Both the position numbers and the translations under genes were made by a program. From contig NW_008246092.1 of the NCBI RefSeq assembly GCF_000281045.1, positions 436,596-500,595 of the forward strand: a stretch of DNA of 64,000 nt, in the 5' to 3' direction. This document shows, in pieces, positions 1 to 12,060 of this stretch. The DNA comes from Saprolegnia diclina VS20. Lineage: Eukaryota. Under the pieces are notes generated by a model. It ran no database searches, had not been told where the DNA came from, and was given only the letters and a program-made list of their open reading frames with translations. Numbering within the stretch: the first letter of the stretch is position 1; each line of letters begins with the position of its first letter.

Positions 1-1361
1 CATCGTCATCATCGTCATCGTAGAGCTCCACACACGGTTGGTGCACTCCGTGCGGCGACGCCGGTGCTGCGGTCTCGATTGGATCTGCCACCATGATCAA
101 TTCGACGTCGTGTTCCATGGCACACGCCTCAGACACGTCGTCTGGAGCCCCTGTGACTGCGACTTCGACCTTGTCTTCGACTTGGACGTTGTCTGGGGTG
201 TCGTCTTGGGCGTCGTCCTCGTCGTGAGCCTCATCATTCTCGTCTTGGGCTTGGTCATCTTCAAGCAGCATTGCATCATCGAGGACGACGATATCGGGTC
301 GCCGGGGAGCTTCGACGGACGGCGTCGGCTCGTGGTCGTGGCACGGCTTGGATTCTTCATCGCCAAGGACGATCGTCGACCGCCGACCAGCAATCGAGCT
401 ACGGTTGCCCACAGACGGCGCGCCGAGCTGCACAAGCTGGTCTTGGATCGTCGCCATGTGTTCTTTGATCTCAAGTCGCTGCGTCGTGAGCGTTGTCACG
501 GCCTCGGCATCGCCCCGCTTTTGCGCCGCCGAGATTTGCATGACGCAATGATGCTACATACATCGTCAGTTGTCGATCCTCAATAGTAAGACGAAGACGC
601 AGCATACCAGTTCGCCGCGCAGCACATCCATTTGACCGTCGAGGACGAAAATGTCGGGATTGAACAGCAGCGACCCGTTCTGTTCGCGGCGGTTGGCAGC
701 CGTCCTTTTCTGAAGGGCGTCTTGGGCGGCTTTGAGCTCCGCCTTGAGGTTGGCGCGGCGCAGGAGGCGTTCGCGCTTGGCGCGGAGGTCGGACGACGCG
801 CCATCGAGCACCACTTCGCTCTAAGAAACGAGATATTTGTATACGTTGTCATTAGAGGAGTGCACGGACCAGAGCGGCTTGGAGGCGGCTGATTTGAGCT
901 TCGAGCGAGTCGCCCGACGTCTCGTGCATCGCGTCAAGCGCTGCTTGCACTTGGATGGCTTCGTCGCGGAGGGTCTTCTTCTCCTGCATGACTTGCATTG
1001 CACGCCGGAGCTTCCCATCCCGCGTCAGCTGCGTCACTGTCGCGTCCATCGCTTGGGAACTCGCCGTGATCCACTCGAGCCGCGCTTCCAGGTCGGCCTT
1101 GGACGCCGTTGAGATCGAGAACCGGCCGTAGAGCGAGACGCGGTAGTCGAGCGAGTCGAGGTGCACCGTCTCCATCGCCGCGATGCTCTTGTGCACTGGG
1201 TCGGGCACGGAGCAGCTGCGCTCGTACCGCACGGCAGGCCTAGGGTGTCAGCGCTAAGAACACACCTAATTTCACTCCATCACAGTGTACCAATCGTCCT
1301 TGGTGTCCTTGTTGTCTTGGCCGACACTGCGCCGACGGGGCACGGGCGGTGGGTTCTCCAT
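1..1361 (-). CDS. Spliced hypothetical coiled-coil protein with acidic region; 3' end runs off the window
   Basis: ATG at 1361 (MENPPPVPRRRS); exons match ORFs 852..1232 and 566..814; an open D/E-rich frame continues to position 1. Confidence 0.65.
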
Positions 1362-1385
1362 TTCTGAGCTACAATATATGCCGTG

Positions 1386-2745
1386 TCATGCACGGCGCCG
1401 GAAATCCCGAGACACATACCGGAGCACAGGTTCGCTGCCAAGGCCGAGGAGGTTGTGCGGGGCTTTGGTCTTGTCGGCCGGCGACGCGAGCTCGGGTTCG
1501 GGCTCGGGCGTCACAGGCGCGAGCACGGGACTGGGCGTCTGGCCCGGGAGGTTTGTCGGTTGAATCAACTTGATACTTGTCGTCGGGTCCGGGTTCCACT
1601 TGTCGAGGCACGGGATGCAGAACACTTGGACGACGGCAGCTGCGTCTTTGGCTTTGTAGTCGATCTTGCACGCGCCGCAGATGATCGCACCGCACATGAG
1701 GCACTGGTCGCGCACGGGTGCTCGGAACTGGAGCTGGAACTTGAACGGCTGGGCGCACGACTCGCAGCGACGCGCTTTCGACTTGGCGCTGGACGCAGGC
1801 GCGTGGCGAATGCGCGGCGCGCCTTTGGCGTGCAGCTTGGCGCTCAAGTAGTACTGGTTGAGGTCGCCAAGAAAGTGAAACCACTGGACGAGGGTCGACC
1901 GCACGTGCTTGAGCTGCTTGTCGCCCTTGAAGTCCACTTTGAAAAGGGCCAAGACGTCGAGGACACCCGGGCGACTGGCGTCTTCGAGGATCACAAAGCC
2001 CGACCGGTACATGCCGCCACGCACAAAGCGGTACGCTTTCGGGGGCTTCATGACGCCGACTTGGTCAAACTGCGGTGGTGCGCCCGGAAAGTCCATCGAG
2101 TGCATTGAGATGATGTGGCCGCGGACGCCGTCGCCGTCCGTAAAGGTATCCGAGCGCTAGCCGTCGCATTGAGTACGACCAATTATGTACAATTTTGTCT
2201 ACCTGGAGCACGACAAAGTCGCGGTGGAGCATACCGTCCGCGCTCTTCATGGCGAGCCATTGGATGGATGTCTTGTCGTCCACAGACACGAGCGACTCGC
2301 AAGCCAAGATGTCGTCGGCGAGCGACGGTGGCCCGCTGCATGTTGACGCACCATAGGCTTTGGACGGTGGCAGCTGCATCGCGGCGGCAAAGTCGGTCAT
2401 GGTGGCATGGACGTGGGCAAGGCCACACACGTGCATGGTGCCATCGTGGTCGTCGGTGTCTTTGAGGTAGAACATCTCCATGTTGTTGTCGGTCTCGAGG
2501 CGCTCCCACGACTCGCGCACCGTGGCCATGGAGAAGGCGAGGCGCTTCAGCGACGTGCACGACTGCTTGCCCATGGTCTGCAGCTGCGCGCGTTGGTCGG
2601 CCGACGGAAACGTCGCGGCCGCGACAGGCGAGATGGCGGGCATGACGAGGCGCAGCGGCGACGCTGGCGACGAGGCGCGAGGGCCGGGCGCGGCCGACGA
2701 CGAGCTGTCGCCAAAGAGCTTCTTCGGCAAGCCCAGTACGCGCAT
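1386..2745 (-). CDS. START-like domain plus degenerate FYVE zinc-finger protein (oomycete-type family)
   Basis: Two exons (intron about 2157-2202); START-like WLAMKS..HRDFVVLQ and RGGMYRSGFVI; CESC..CLMC..ICGAC..CIPC finger lacking the R(R/K)HHCR motif. Confidence 0.8.
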
Positions 2746-4553
2746 GGCGGATGCTGGGACGGAATAGGTAGTGTCAAGAGGCAAAGCTCGCGCTGGCGCT
2801 GGAGACAACCATCAGCCGCGTGCTTCGGAGCCAGCTGGAGCGTACATCTCCCGTACAGCTGTACGACGGACCAGATTATTGCTGCATTTTGACACGCATC
2901 GACCGACGCCGTTGTCTTGTGTATTGGGAGCGGCGCATCCACAGATCGTCTTTGTCGATTGAAGCGGGCGTCGACGTCCTACGCCTCTCACTGTAGGCAC
3001 GTGGACCTCGCTGGTGACGTGAGCGGATCCTGATCTTGTAGACTCGAGGCGCCAGCATGGAGGCAGATGATGAGAGCGATCTGCACAATCACATCCTCAG
3101 ACTTAGGCGGGCGCAGCACCGGATTCCAAGGACCAACGAAGCGTGGCGCGACGGATGTCGACAGCGCTGCTTCTGGATGCCTATGGTGTCGGGCTCTAGC
3201 GCTACAACGACCGATGACGTGCTCCAACTCGGTGCACCGAGCGCTGTCGGCTCTATACCGGCATGTACCGTACTTGTCGGCACAGCGCTGACACCACGAG
3301 TACCGACGATCATATCACCTCGTTGGCGCGTCCCAATACCCATGTCATCCCAAGTGTAGCTAAGCTTGGCTCGACGGCATGGCCAGCGAGGCTGCGTTCG
3401 AGCAATCATCTGAACGTACGGTACGGCGTACATGTCGTACCGTACATGACGATCCGTGTCGCCGTATCCGGACATATCACATGTGTCCCAGCCGCGAAGC
3501 TTGCTATTTGTATGCATGCACGCGGGACCGAACGCTGGCCGCGGTTCTCGGAAGGCTGCTGACTTTGGCGCGACGCCAATCGAAGCCCGCGATCAGACCC
3601 GAGCGCGGTTCTATTCCTTGCGAGACTGCATGTGTACGCGCACATAGAGGCACGTGGGTGGCGAGGCCACCACCAGCGCCAACGCGAGTCATTTCATATG
3701 AACGTTACTATTCATGGTAGCTGGACTGATATGCCAGTGGATCTTCTTGGCCTCTCTTTGGCCACGACGTGACTGGACCACCGACTTTTCATACACGGTA
3801 TACGGCGCTCATCTTTGAGGCCTTCAAGATCACCGCTGGCGTTTCCATGAACGAGCTTCAAGCCGTACACAGTACGATTCGGACAACGATATCGAAGGAG
3901 CGTTTTGGCCCTTGCAACTTTGTTTCGCGTCGACGCAGAAATTTAAGCGCAAATATGGACCGTTGCAGGTAGGATTGGCAGAAAGGTTGGCAAGGCCCAA
4001 GGTTCACAACCTTCAAAATCGCAGAATATATGGCTATCGTCACAACAACGCCACGCAACGGCCCGCACCAATCTCAATCTCTCTGGCGGCGCTCTCTGCG
4101 CCAACTGCTCCTCTGGCAGCTCAACCCAAGCTCGTATCAAACCAGAGAGTCCCAACTCGCCCATGAAAGTTACACAAATGAGCGCAGACGAATCGCTTGC
4201 ACACGTTGGTCCTTGCAATCCCGAGCAAGTGGCTTGGCCGCCAAATTTCTTGGCCGCGTACCGCTGTAAAGAAGCTTGAGGTTTGTATGCTGTGGCCAGG
4301 TGGAATGGGCGTGTCCCACTCTACAGACCCCGTAGCCCTACCCAAAACAAAGGCAATACAAAAATGCAGTGCTTTGCCGAGCCGAAAAGCGAGGCCCCCC
4401 CCCTCGTCGCACGATCCAGCGGGTTGCTCACCCAAAGCGTAATTTTTCGCCTTTCGCAGCAGCACACTTGACATTTGTATGTACAATTGATCGCGGGCAT
4501 TAAATACGCACGCTGGAACTGGCCAGTTCTGCCGGCAAGCGGGCGCTGGGTCA

Positions 4554-4569
4554 ACTCATTTGGATTTTC
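4554..4569 (+). promoter_or_regulatory. Oomycete INR+FPR core promoter element
   Basis: ACTCATTTGGATTTTC fits TCATTY-NNN-WTTY, about 20 nt upstream of ATG 4589. Confidence 0.6.
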
Positions 4570-4588
4570 GCACCCGAGCAGCTACAGG

Positions 4589-6172
4589 ATGAAGGTGCAA
4601 GCGATCACGATTGGCGCCGTCCTCGCCTCGATGGCCTCGATGGCCGACGCGCAGTTTGGCCTCAGCGCCTTCTTTGCGGCCGGCAGCAGCGGCCTGCCCC
4701 GCGTGCTCATCAACACGGCGGCCAACCCACTTACGATCTCGCCCGAGCCGACGACCAACGCGACGTCGGCGCCGACCAAGAGTACCAACCTCTTTGAACT
4801 GCTCAAGAACAAGAACAAGGCGACGCCGGCGCCCGACCACACGGTTGCCAACCTTGACGTGAACGATGGCTTGGTTGTCAACGAAGACTCGTCGGGCCAG
4901 AAGACGTCGAACCGCCGCCTCGACAGCCAGGACCGCGATTACACGATGCAGATGCTCTTCTGCCACGGCACGTCCAACTCGATCCAGTCGTACCACTCGT
5001 ACCAGCCTCAGAGCACGACAACCCCCGTGTACAACCCGCTCCTCGCGTCGTCGGCCCAAGGCCAGTGCGGCAAGTACATTGTCAAGTCGGAGACGCTGGC
5101 GACTCAGGTCGGCTGCAACCCGCAGAACAGCCCGAATGGCTGCGCCAAGTCGTACACGCCGGGCTGCGGTGGTCTCGCAATCAACCCGAAGACCAAGGAC
5201 ACGGTCGTCGCCCGCACCGGTGGCCGCACGATTGGCCGCCTCGTCAAGACCACGGACAGCAGCGGCACCTGCCAGAGCCGCGTCGTCGACTGGATCGTCC
5301 GCTACCGCGGCAAGCGCTTCAACGGCCCGAGCGACACGACGTTCACGTCGACGGGCAACCTGTACTTCACGGATTCGCCGTTTGGTCTGGCCGCAACCCA
5401 GAGCGAGCTCCTCTCGGCCAACATCTCGGTACTGGATGCCAAGCGTGAGTTGCCCTTCAACGGCGTCTACCTCCGCCCTGCAAACGGCGCCGTCAAGCTC
5501 CTCGACTGCGGTCTCTCGCGCCCGAAGAGCATTGCGTTCTCGCCGCGCGAAGACACGCTCTATGTGGCGAACGCCGACGTCAACGACCCGTTTGTCAAGT
5601 CGTACACGCTCGGCAACGACGGCACGCCCGTGTGCTCGCGCCGCTTCTTTGACCTCACGCCGTACGTCGCCGACGCCAAGGCCGCCGAGTGCGCCCGCAC
5701 GTACCCGACCGGCCTCAAGGTCGACGATCAGGGCTATGTGTACATGGCCATGTGCCGCAACATTTACATTGCGTCGTCCAACGGCACGTACCTCGGCCGC
5801 CTCCAGGGCACGTCCGAGCTGCGCAACCTCGCTTTCAGCAAGGGCTACATGTACCTCACGTCGAGCTCGAACGTCTACGCGCTCCCGCTCGACCTCTCTC
5901 TCCAGAGCTCGCAGGCCGTCGTGTCGTCGCAGGCGACGTGCCCCTCGGACGTCGCCACCACGTCGGCGCAAACCCTCTCGGAATCGGCCACGTCGGTTCA
6001 AATCACGCCGGCAACGAGCAACGGAACTGGCATTGGCATTGGCGCCGGTGTCGGTGTCGGTGCTGTCGTGGCCGTCGCCCTCCTCGTGTACAAGCGCAAG
6101 CAGGCGGTGCCGGTCGCAGTGCAGACGACACCCGAGTTCTCGCCCATCACGACGCCCCGCAACATCTTTTAA
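4589..6172 (+). CDS. Secreted/type-I membrane SMP-30/gluconolactonase-family beta-propeller protein
   Basis: Intronless; signal peptide MKVQAITIGAVLASMASMADA; YRGKRFNGPSD, GNLYFTDSPFG, IAFSPREDTLYVA, PTGLKVDDQGYVY; C-terminal TM segment followed by KRK. Confidence 0.88.
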   Translation: MKVQAITIGAVLASMASMADAQFGLSAFFAAGSSGLPRVLINTAANPLTISPEPTTNATSAPTKSTNLFELLKNKNKATPAPDHTVANLDVNDGLVVNEDSSGQKTSNRRLDSQDRDYTMQMLFCHGTSNSIQSYHSYQPQSTTTPVYNPLLASSAQGQCGKYIVKSETLATQVGCNPQNSPNGCAKSYTPGCGGLAINPKTKDTVVARTGGRTIGRLVKTTDSSGTCQSRVVDWIVRYRGKRFNGPSDTTFTSTGNLYFTDSPFGLAATQSELLSANISVLDAKRELPFNGVYLRPANGAVKLLDCGLSRPKSIAFSPREDTLYVANADVNDPFVKSYTLGNDGTPVCSRRFFDLTPYVADAKAAECARTYPTGLKVDDQGYVYMAMCRNIYIASSNGTYLGRLQGTSELRNLAFSKGYMYLTSSSNVYALPLDLSLQSSQAVVSSQATCPSDVATTSAQTLSESATSVQITPATSNGTGIGIGAGVGVGAVVAVALLVYKRKQAVPVAVQTTPEFSPITTPRNIF

Positions 6173-6547
6173 ACAGACTCGTCGATTAATGGAAAATGCA
6201 TACGTTTATATTTACTGTTCGTCGTCGTGTTCTATGTCTTGCCACATGCAATAGTTCAACGTATGTGCTGCGATATAGCGAAGCGTCGCTGGTCGTTCGA
6301 GGATGCTTCCGTATAAATAGCATTGACCTTGGGAAAGGCGGTCCATGCAGCGAGCGACCGCGTCGCTCCCGAGTCTCCAGAGCGCGGAAGGGTCGTCGCA
6401 CCTGCCACCGGCACGTATGCGCTGGCAGCTTACGCTCATCATCACGGCGCGTAGGGCCGCGACGTCGACGAGACCGACGCGAGCGCCGTGACACTCACCA
6501 ACCTCGAGCGACACCGCGCGTCGCACTACACGCAGTGCTACAACGGC

Positions 6548-8735
6548 ATGATCCGCACGACCTTTGTGACGAAGGCACGACGTGTACCTCGTGGATTTGG
6601 TTTGCTCAACCCAGTGGCGTAGAGTCTGGCGCCGCTGCTGGACAAGTTCGAGTCGATCGGTGCGTTGGTCTCGTCACCAAGTCTGTGGTTTCACGCACTG
6701 CAGACGCTTTTCGACGGCCGCGGAAGCGCTACACCCTCGTGGACCCACTGCCCAAGCTACGCGCCGATGCCAACAGCCTCCGGCGCGACGCCGTCCTCGC
6801 GCTCACGCGGCACACGCGAACCGGTGGCCGCTTCTCGGGTACGTGGTCGATCGCTAGACGATCGATGGCACTCGAGCGCGTAGCGCTCAAGGGCGATCTG
6901 GAGGCGACCACGGACGCGCTGGCGCAGGTGCGCATTTCTCGACTCGCGTTCGCCTCGTCCTTGCACAACTCGCGGTGCGCCTTCTTTTCCGTCTTCTCTC
7001 GCGGCTGACGCCAAGGGCAGGTGCGAGTACTGCTCGCAAACGGGCGGCGAACTCGCTTGCGTCATGTAATTTGTCCCGGACGACAAGAAAGAGACCTGAT
7101 CCAAACTCGGTAGGTGCAACGTCGTTGCGCACACCGCGTGCTATCTCGGTGCGGTGTATGGATCCTGCGACGTCCTACTCATGCTACCGCAGAGGCGTGG
7201 AAGGGACTCGCGAGGCGCGGCCCCGTGAGCTTTGAGGTCCAAGGCGACGACAAGACCAAGTGGATATGCACCTACTGCGAAGAAGACTTGCAAGACGTAA
7301 TACCTGGCCAGCTCGACGGCGCGTCGGCGTTAACGCTGGTCGTAGGAGCACGAGGCCCAAACAACGCGCTATCGGCACAACCGAAAGCTGCAAAAGGAAA
7401 TGGCGTGCGCGCGGCTCATCACCGGTCGGACTATCATGTCGTCGCTCTTGTGTCCACCACCAACGACGGGAGTAGGCTACGCGCGCATGTCGAAAGAAGC
7501 ACGACTCTTCGTGCGCAAGAAGGAGTGTGCAGTGCGCATCCAAGCTCACATTCGAGGTCGACTTGCGATGCAAATCGATATACCGATATGTCAAAATGCC
7601 CAGGCAAGCTCGCGCGCCGAGCCTTTAACGCGATGCAGCGCCTGCGCATTCGCCCGTACGTGGTCAACCTAATGAGCCTCCATGGTCTCGGGTATGTAGA
7701 CACTGTAGTTCGAAATACTGCTTGATATTTGCATTGGAAAGGGCCGAGGGCGATGCATCGGCCAAGTCGCCGCGCTCGACGACCGGGGACGACGACGCGT
7801 GTACGGAGACGCGCCTTCCGAACGGCTTTCTCTGCAACCCGTTCGTGGTGTTCCACATTGTCGCTGAGCACGACGACGAAGCCCAGCAGTTTTGGTCGCG
7901 CTACCACCGCAACCCTACCCTAACCCTAACCCTAGCTTTGAGAGCGCGATCCAGCGCGGTTCGAACGAAGTGGCGTGGAACGAAGCCATTTTCGTGCCCG
8001 GCGTCGACGGGAACGTCACCATGTGCTTTACGGTGCTGAGCAAGAACGGCCCCAACAACTTTTTCCTGGGCCAAGGCACGCATCTCCCACGTCTCGATTT
8101 GCATAGAAGTCCGCGATAGGCATGGTGCGCATGAGCGGTACGGAGATCTGGCGGTATGGCGCCAACCTCGAGCTTCTGATCCGGCCCGAACTCGAAGTAC
8201 GAAATGTCGATATGGATGTAGTAGATGCATCGACGTGACTAGGTCATCCCCAAGGCTGGGCACAACAAGCTCATGCGCATCCAGGACATTGGCTCGATTA
8301 CGCGCGAGCTCACGCTGTCGGTGCACATCAAGCAGTTTGCGGACCCGGTCGCCAACTGCGGCTACATGCAGTCGATCAACTCGATCGACTCGGCCAAGGG
8401 CAACAGCCGCTGGTGTGTGCTCGCCGACGGCATCTTTCGCATCTACCGGTAGAAACGACGGGAGCGCAGAGGCGGCCACCCAGTCGTATAGGCACTACGG
8501 GCTCACGCTCGCGTTCGAGACGCTCAAGATGATGCATGCGAGCGAAGTGCAGCTGCTCACCGTGACGCCGCACCACGCGGCCAACCTGACCAAACACACG
8601 GCCAAGCACTCGACGGTGGTGTTCGTCCAGCACGAGCAGCGCGTGTATCTGCTGCGCGCCGACTCGAACAAGGCCAACATGACGTGGTCCAAGAAGCTGC
8701 ATTTCGCGATGAAGCAGCACAAAACCACGTACTGA
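6548..8735 (+). CDS. Multi-exon protein with PHD-like finger, IQ motif, C2 domain and C-terminal PH domain
   Basis: Spliced CEYC..C..C..H..C..WICTYC; CAVRIQAHIRG; CNPFVVF..VAWNEAIF..FTVLSK..FFLGQ; GYMQ..RWCVLADGIFRIY..YLLRADS..W; 5' exons less certain. Confidence 0.7.
7911..7934 (+). repeat. Telomere-like (AACCCT)n tract, about 4 units, inside the intron at 7895-7935
   Basis: AACCCT ACCCT AACCCT AACCCT directly before the AG acceptor. Confidence 0.7.
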
Positions 8736-8743
8736 TCTTCTTG

Positions 8744-9965
8744 CTACGCACTCGGACCATACGTCACGTCGACCTACAACAATCTCAATCTCAATCTCAA
8801 CCGCAAAATACAAAATAATCGATACCGATCGGTGTTCGACGGCCGAGATGCGGCACGCTTCGGCAATGATGGTTGCATTGCGCGCTTCTGTCCACGAGAC
8901 GCGTGGCGTGGCCTTGTCGAGCACGATTTCGGCAAAATGGTCGACTTCGGCGAGGTACGCATCACGGAACCGCTGCGGGAAAGAGTGCTGGTACACGTCG
9001 CTGTGGACGCCGGCGCTCGTCGACGCGCGGAGCGACGTCTTGTGGATGTTTTGGACTTCGAGCATGCCGTCCGCGCCAAAGACCTCGATGCGCTGGTCGT
9101 AGCCGTACGCCGCGTGGCGGCTCAAGTCCATGGTGCAGATCGCACCGGATGGAAATTCGAGCCAGACCGACGCCTTGTCCATGACCTATACAGGTACAGA
9201 ATGTCCTTGGATCGCGCCAAACCATTGAGGAGCATGCTTTACGTTGATGACTTGGAGCTCGGGGCTCAAGCTCGTGCCGTGCGCGACGACGCGCGTCGGG
9301 TACTCGTGCTGGAGCGAGCACACAAAGTCAATGTCGTGCACCGCGAGGTCGTGGAACGGGTCGCCGCCGCCCTTTAAAAAGGCAATGGGCGGGCACGGGT
9401 GGTCCCGGAAGACCGTCTGGATCGACTGGACGGGTCCGATCGCGTTGGCCTGGACGGCTTCGTACAAGGCAACGTAGTTCGGGTCAAAGCGCCGTTGGAA
9501 CGAGCAGAAAAGCGGCACGTCGTGCGTCTCGCAGACTACACACCGCCGCCGATGGGACGAGCGTGCATATGGACGTGCGTACCTTTGTACGCTTTGTCGA
9601 TCTCTTCCAGCGACCCGGCGACGGGCTTCTCGACGGCAATGGCCTTGCCCGCGCTCGCCGCAAGCTCGATCAAGTCCAAGTGCGTAAACGTGGGCGTAGA
9701 GATCCAGACCGCCGCCACCTACGCGTGCGGCAGCATGAGCGCGGACATGTGTGTGTGGCATGCGCACCGCCGGGTCGGCGAGCGCCTCGGGGAGCGTGGC
9801 GACGGCGGTCGCGTGGCAGCGCTCGGCGAGCGTCTCGGCCTGCGCGAGGTTGGCGTCGACGACGTACGCGACCTTCATGCGCGGGTTGGCCATGAGGCCT
9901 TGGAGGCGGATCTGCCCCATGCGGCCGGCGCCGACGACAACGATGTGCACGCGTCCGTCGACCAT
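8744..9965 (-). CDS. Gfo/Idh/MocA oxidoreductase, myo-inositol 2-dehydrogenase (IolG)-like
   Basis: VVVGAGRMG Rossmann motif, ISTPTFTH, EKPVA, FQRRFDPNY, RDHP, DLAVHDID, SRHAAYGYDQRIEVFG; several short introns; last exon VDVTYGPSA*. Confidence 0.9.
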
Positions 9966-10529
9966 CTTGGACCAGATCTGGCGAAGCGACGAAAGATTTT
10001 GAGTCGACGATCCGGATATCGAGTTGACGAGGAACCCAAATTTGGACGTCGCGCCGTACTGCATGAGACTCGAGGCCAAGTGGGCGGCCATGAATCGACT
10101 CCGGTAGAGGATGCAACGGAGAGTTAAGGATATGTTGTGAATGCGACCCATGAACGCGTTGTGACGCTGCGTGTCTGGCGATCGAAGAACACATTCTGAG
10201 TGCGTATCTTGGTGTTTGTATCCCACTAAGATCTTGTGTTTCGCCAACACGCAAATTTGGTGCATGGCTATGGCGGTCAACCAACTTGGCGCCTGTATAT
10301 GCCCCTGCGCGCCCGTTCGCTCCGAGTACTACAGACGATGATTACGCCCGCTTCGTTGCAGTAGCCGCAGCGTTCTGCGTTGAAGCTGCACCCTCCCATC
10401 GATTTATTGCTATATTGATGAGCTTGCCCTTTTCAATTGAGATTGCACGTTGAGTTTGCCCTTTGTCGTACACGAACAATTGGAATGGCAGACCCGAGAA
10501 AGCTCAAAACGAGACTCAAAACCATAGTA

Positions 10530-12022
10530 TTACAGGCCGAGCCGTTCGAGTGCGTCGCTTGCGTCGCGCTGCAACGTCGCCGACGTCGGGTGCAGTCGCA
10601 TGACGTGGCGGAGCGACATGGCGAGCGCCGGCGTCGCCCACGTGTCTCGCTCCGAACACGCCGCGTAGTGGCGCAAGATGCAGCACACTTCAACTTGCAG
10701 TCCTTCGTGGTCTTCGTACTCGTTGTGGCAGGCCAAAACGAGCTGCAGCATAGCCAGTCCGTCGTCACAAACAGCGGATACCTGCCATATCAACAAGTCA
10801 TCGACCGTGTAGATATGAAGTACCTTGTCGTCGAGGGAAAGTCGGTCGACGAGATGGTGCACGAGTCGAAGAAGATCAAACGTCATCGGTGCGTCCGAAT
10901 CGTGGTACCAGCGCAGGGCGTCTTGGACACAGGACCAGCCGCCCGCGATGGCCAGCTATCGTCCAGTCAACCTCCTCGAACCGCAACGCAGCAGACCTCG
11001 CAAGCTAAGGCCGGCGACGCGTGGCACAGCGTGCGGTAAAGGTGCGTCACCTCGGCAAGCACGCATGGCTGCTTCAAGTGGGTTGCAAAGACCGTGCGGA
11101 ACCACGCTGCGTCTTGAAAGAAGAGTCTAGCATCTGCGCCACGTTCGACGACGTCAACGTCGACGACAAGTGCTCCCACCTTTGTCGCACACCAGCTCAA
11201 TAAAAGCGACGCCCGCGGTGACCACCTCGTGTGACGCAACGTGGGTCACGACCGCACTTACTGCGTGATTGCCCATGTCGGCAACATGCTCCTAGCGTAT
11301 GCATATGAGCGCCACGGCGTAGAGAAGACAGCTGCGACACCGTGCTTAGCCGGTGCTTGAAACGCCGTGCGATCGCGCCAAAGACACGGCAGCCATGGCT
11401 CTGCGCGAGTGGCTCGTCCATGTACCGAGTAAGCACGGAAAGCTGCAGCGGGATGCCATCCAAGGTCGTATACCACCGCAATGCGAGCGGCTCGCTCGCC
11501 GTCAAAAGCACATCCAGCGTCCAGTGGACCTCGCCGACGACCCGCGCACTGGCGGGGTAGGCCACCTACGAGCTCGCGACTCGCTACTGCATTTACAATT
11601 TGGGCGTACGAGGAGAGCGTGCAGATGGTCGGCGACACGCAACGCCTCGAGGCGAAAAATGTTGCGGGGCGACGCGCTCAGGGCCCGCAGCGCTTGGCAG
11701 CCAAAGAACTGGACCTCTTCGAGCGGCTCAAGCGCGCGCAAGATCTGCAGCGCCAACGCACACGCACCAGCTGACCCGAGGCGCTTGGCCGTCGCTTCCG
11801 CATCTACACAGCGTGAAACAGGCGCGAAAGGCAGCACAATGAAGGACCTTTGGCTTCGGTCACGGCGCGTTGCATTGCGATAAAGCCAGCGATCGCGAGA
11901 CCGACGTTGTTTGGGTCGTCGGCGACGCGCTGCACGAGGAGTGCGTAGTCTTGGTCGTTCAGAAGTACGTCGAACGAGAGGTCGGCGCCGTCCTGGCCGC
12001 GGGCTTGGCGCGTGTAGCACAT
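10530..12022 (-). CDS. Armadillo/HEAT-like repeat protein (spliced)
   Basis: Helical repeats such as EEVQFFGCQALRAL and LQVEVCCILRHY; exons in ORFs 11804..12022, 11197..11565 and 10530..10886. Confidence 0.65.
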
Positions 12023-12060
12023 TTGGAAATCTTTTTTTGGCTTTGTGTCATTTTTGGCGG

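Noticed and set aside
3416..3445. Perfect 10-bp inverted repeat GTACGGTACG/CGTACCGTAC
   Set aside because: Short, lies in a GTAC-rich low-complexity patch, and has no TSD or other support for a MITE or ncRNA
3912..4166. HNLQNRRIYG resembling a Tc1/mariner N.QN.R motif
   Set aside because: No DDE/D context or TIRs; too short to support
4905..4940. RRLDSQDRD as an RxLR-dEER effector motif
   Set aside because: Not RxLR, far from the signal peptide, and the protein is membrane anchored
4556..6254. Long antisense and alternate-frame ORFs (for example 4556..6001 -, 4866..6254 +, 31522..32640 +, 26015..26845 +)
   Set aside because: Shadows of GC3-biased real genes; Arg/Ala-rich translations with no motifs
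6575..6622. A third GC-AG intron
   Set aside because: An in-frame canonical GT donor at 6584 gives a plausible 39-nt intron
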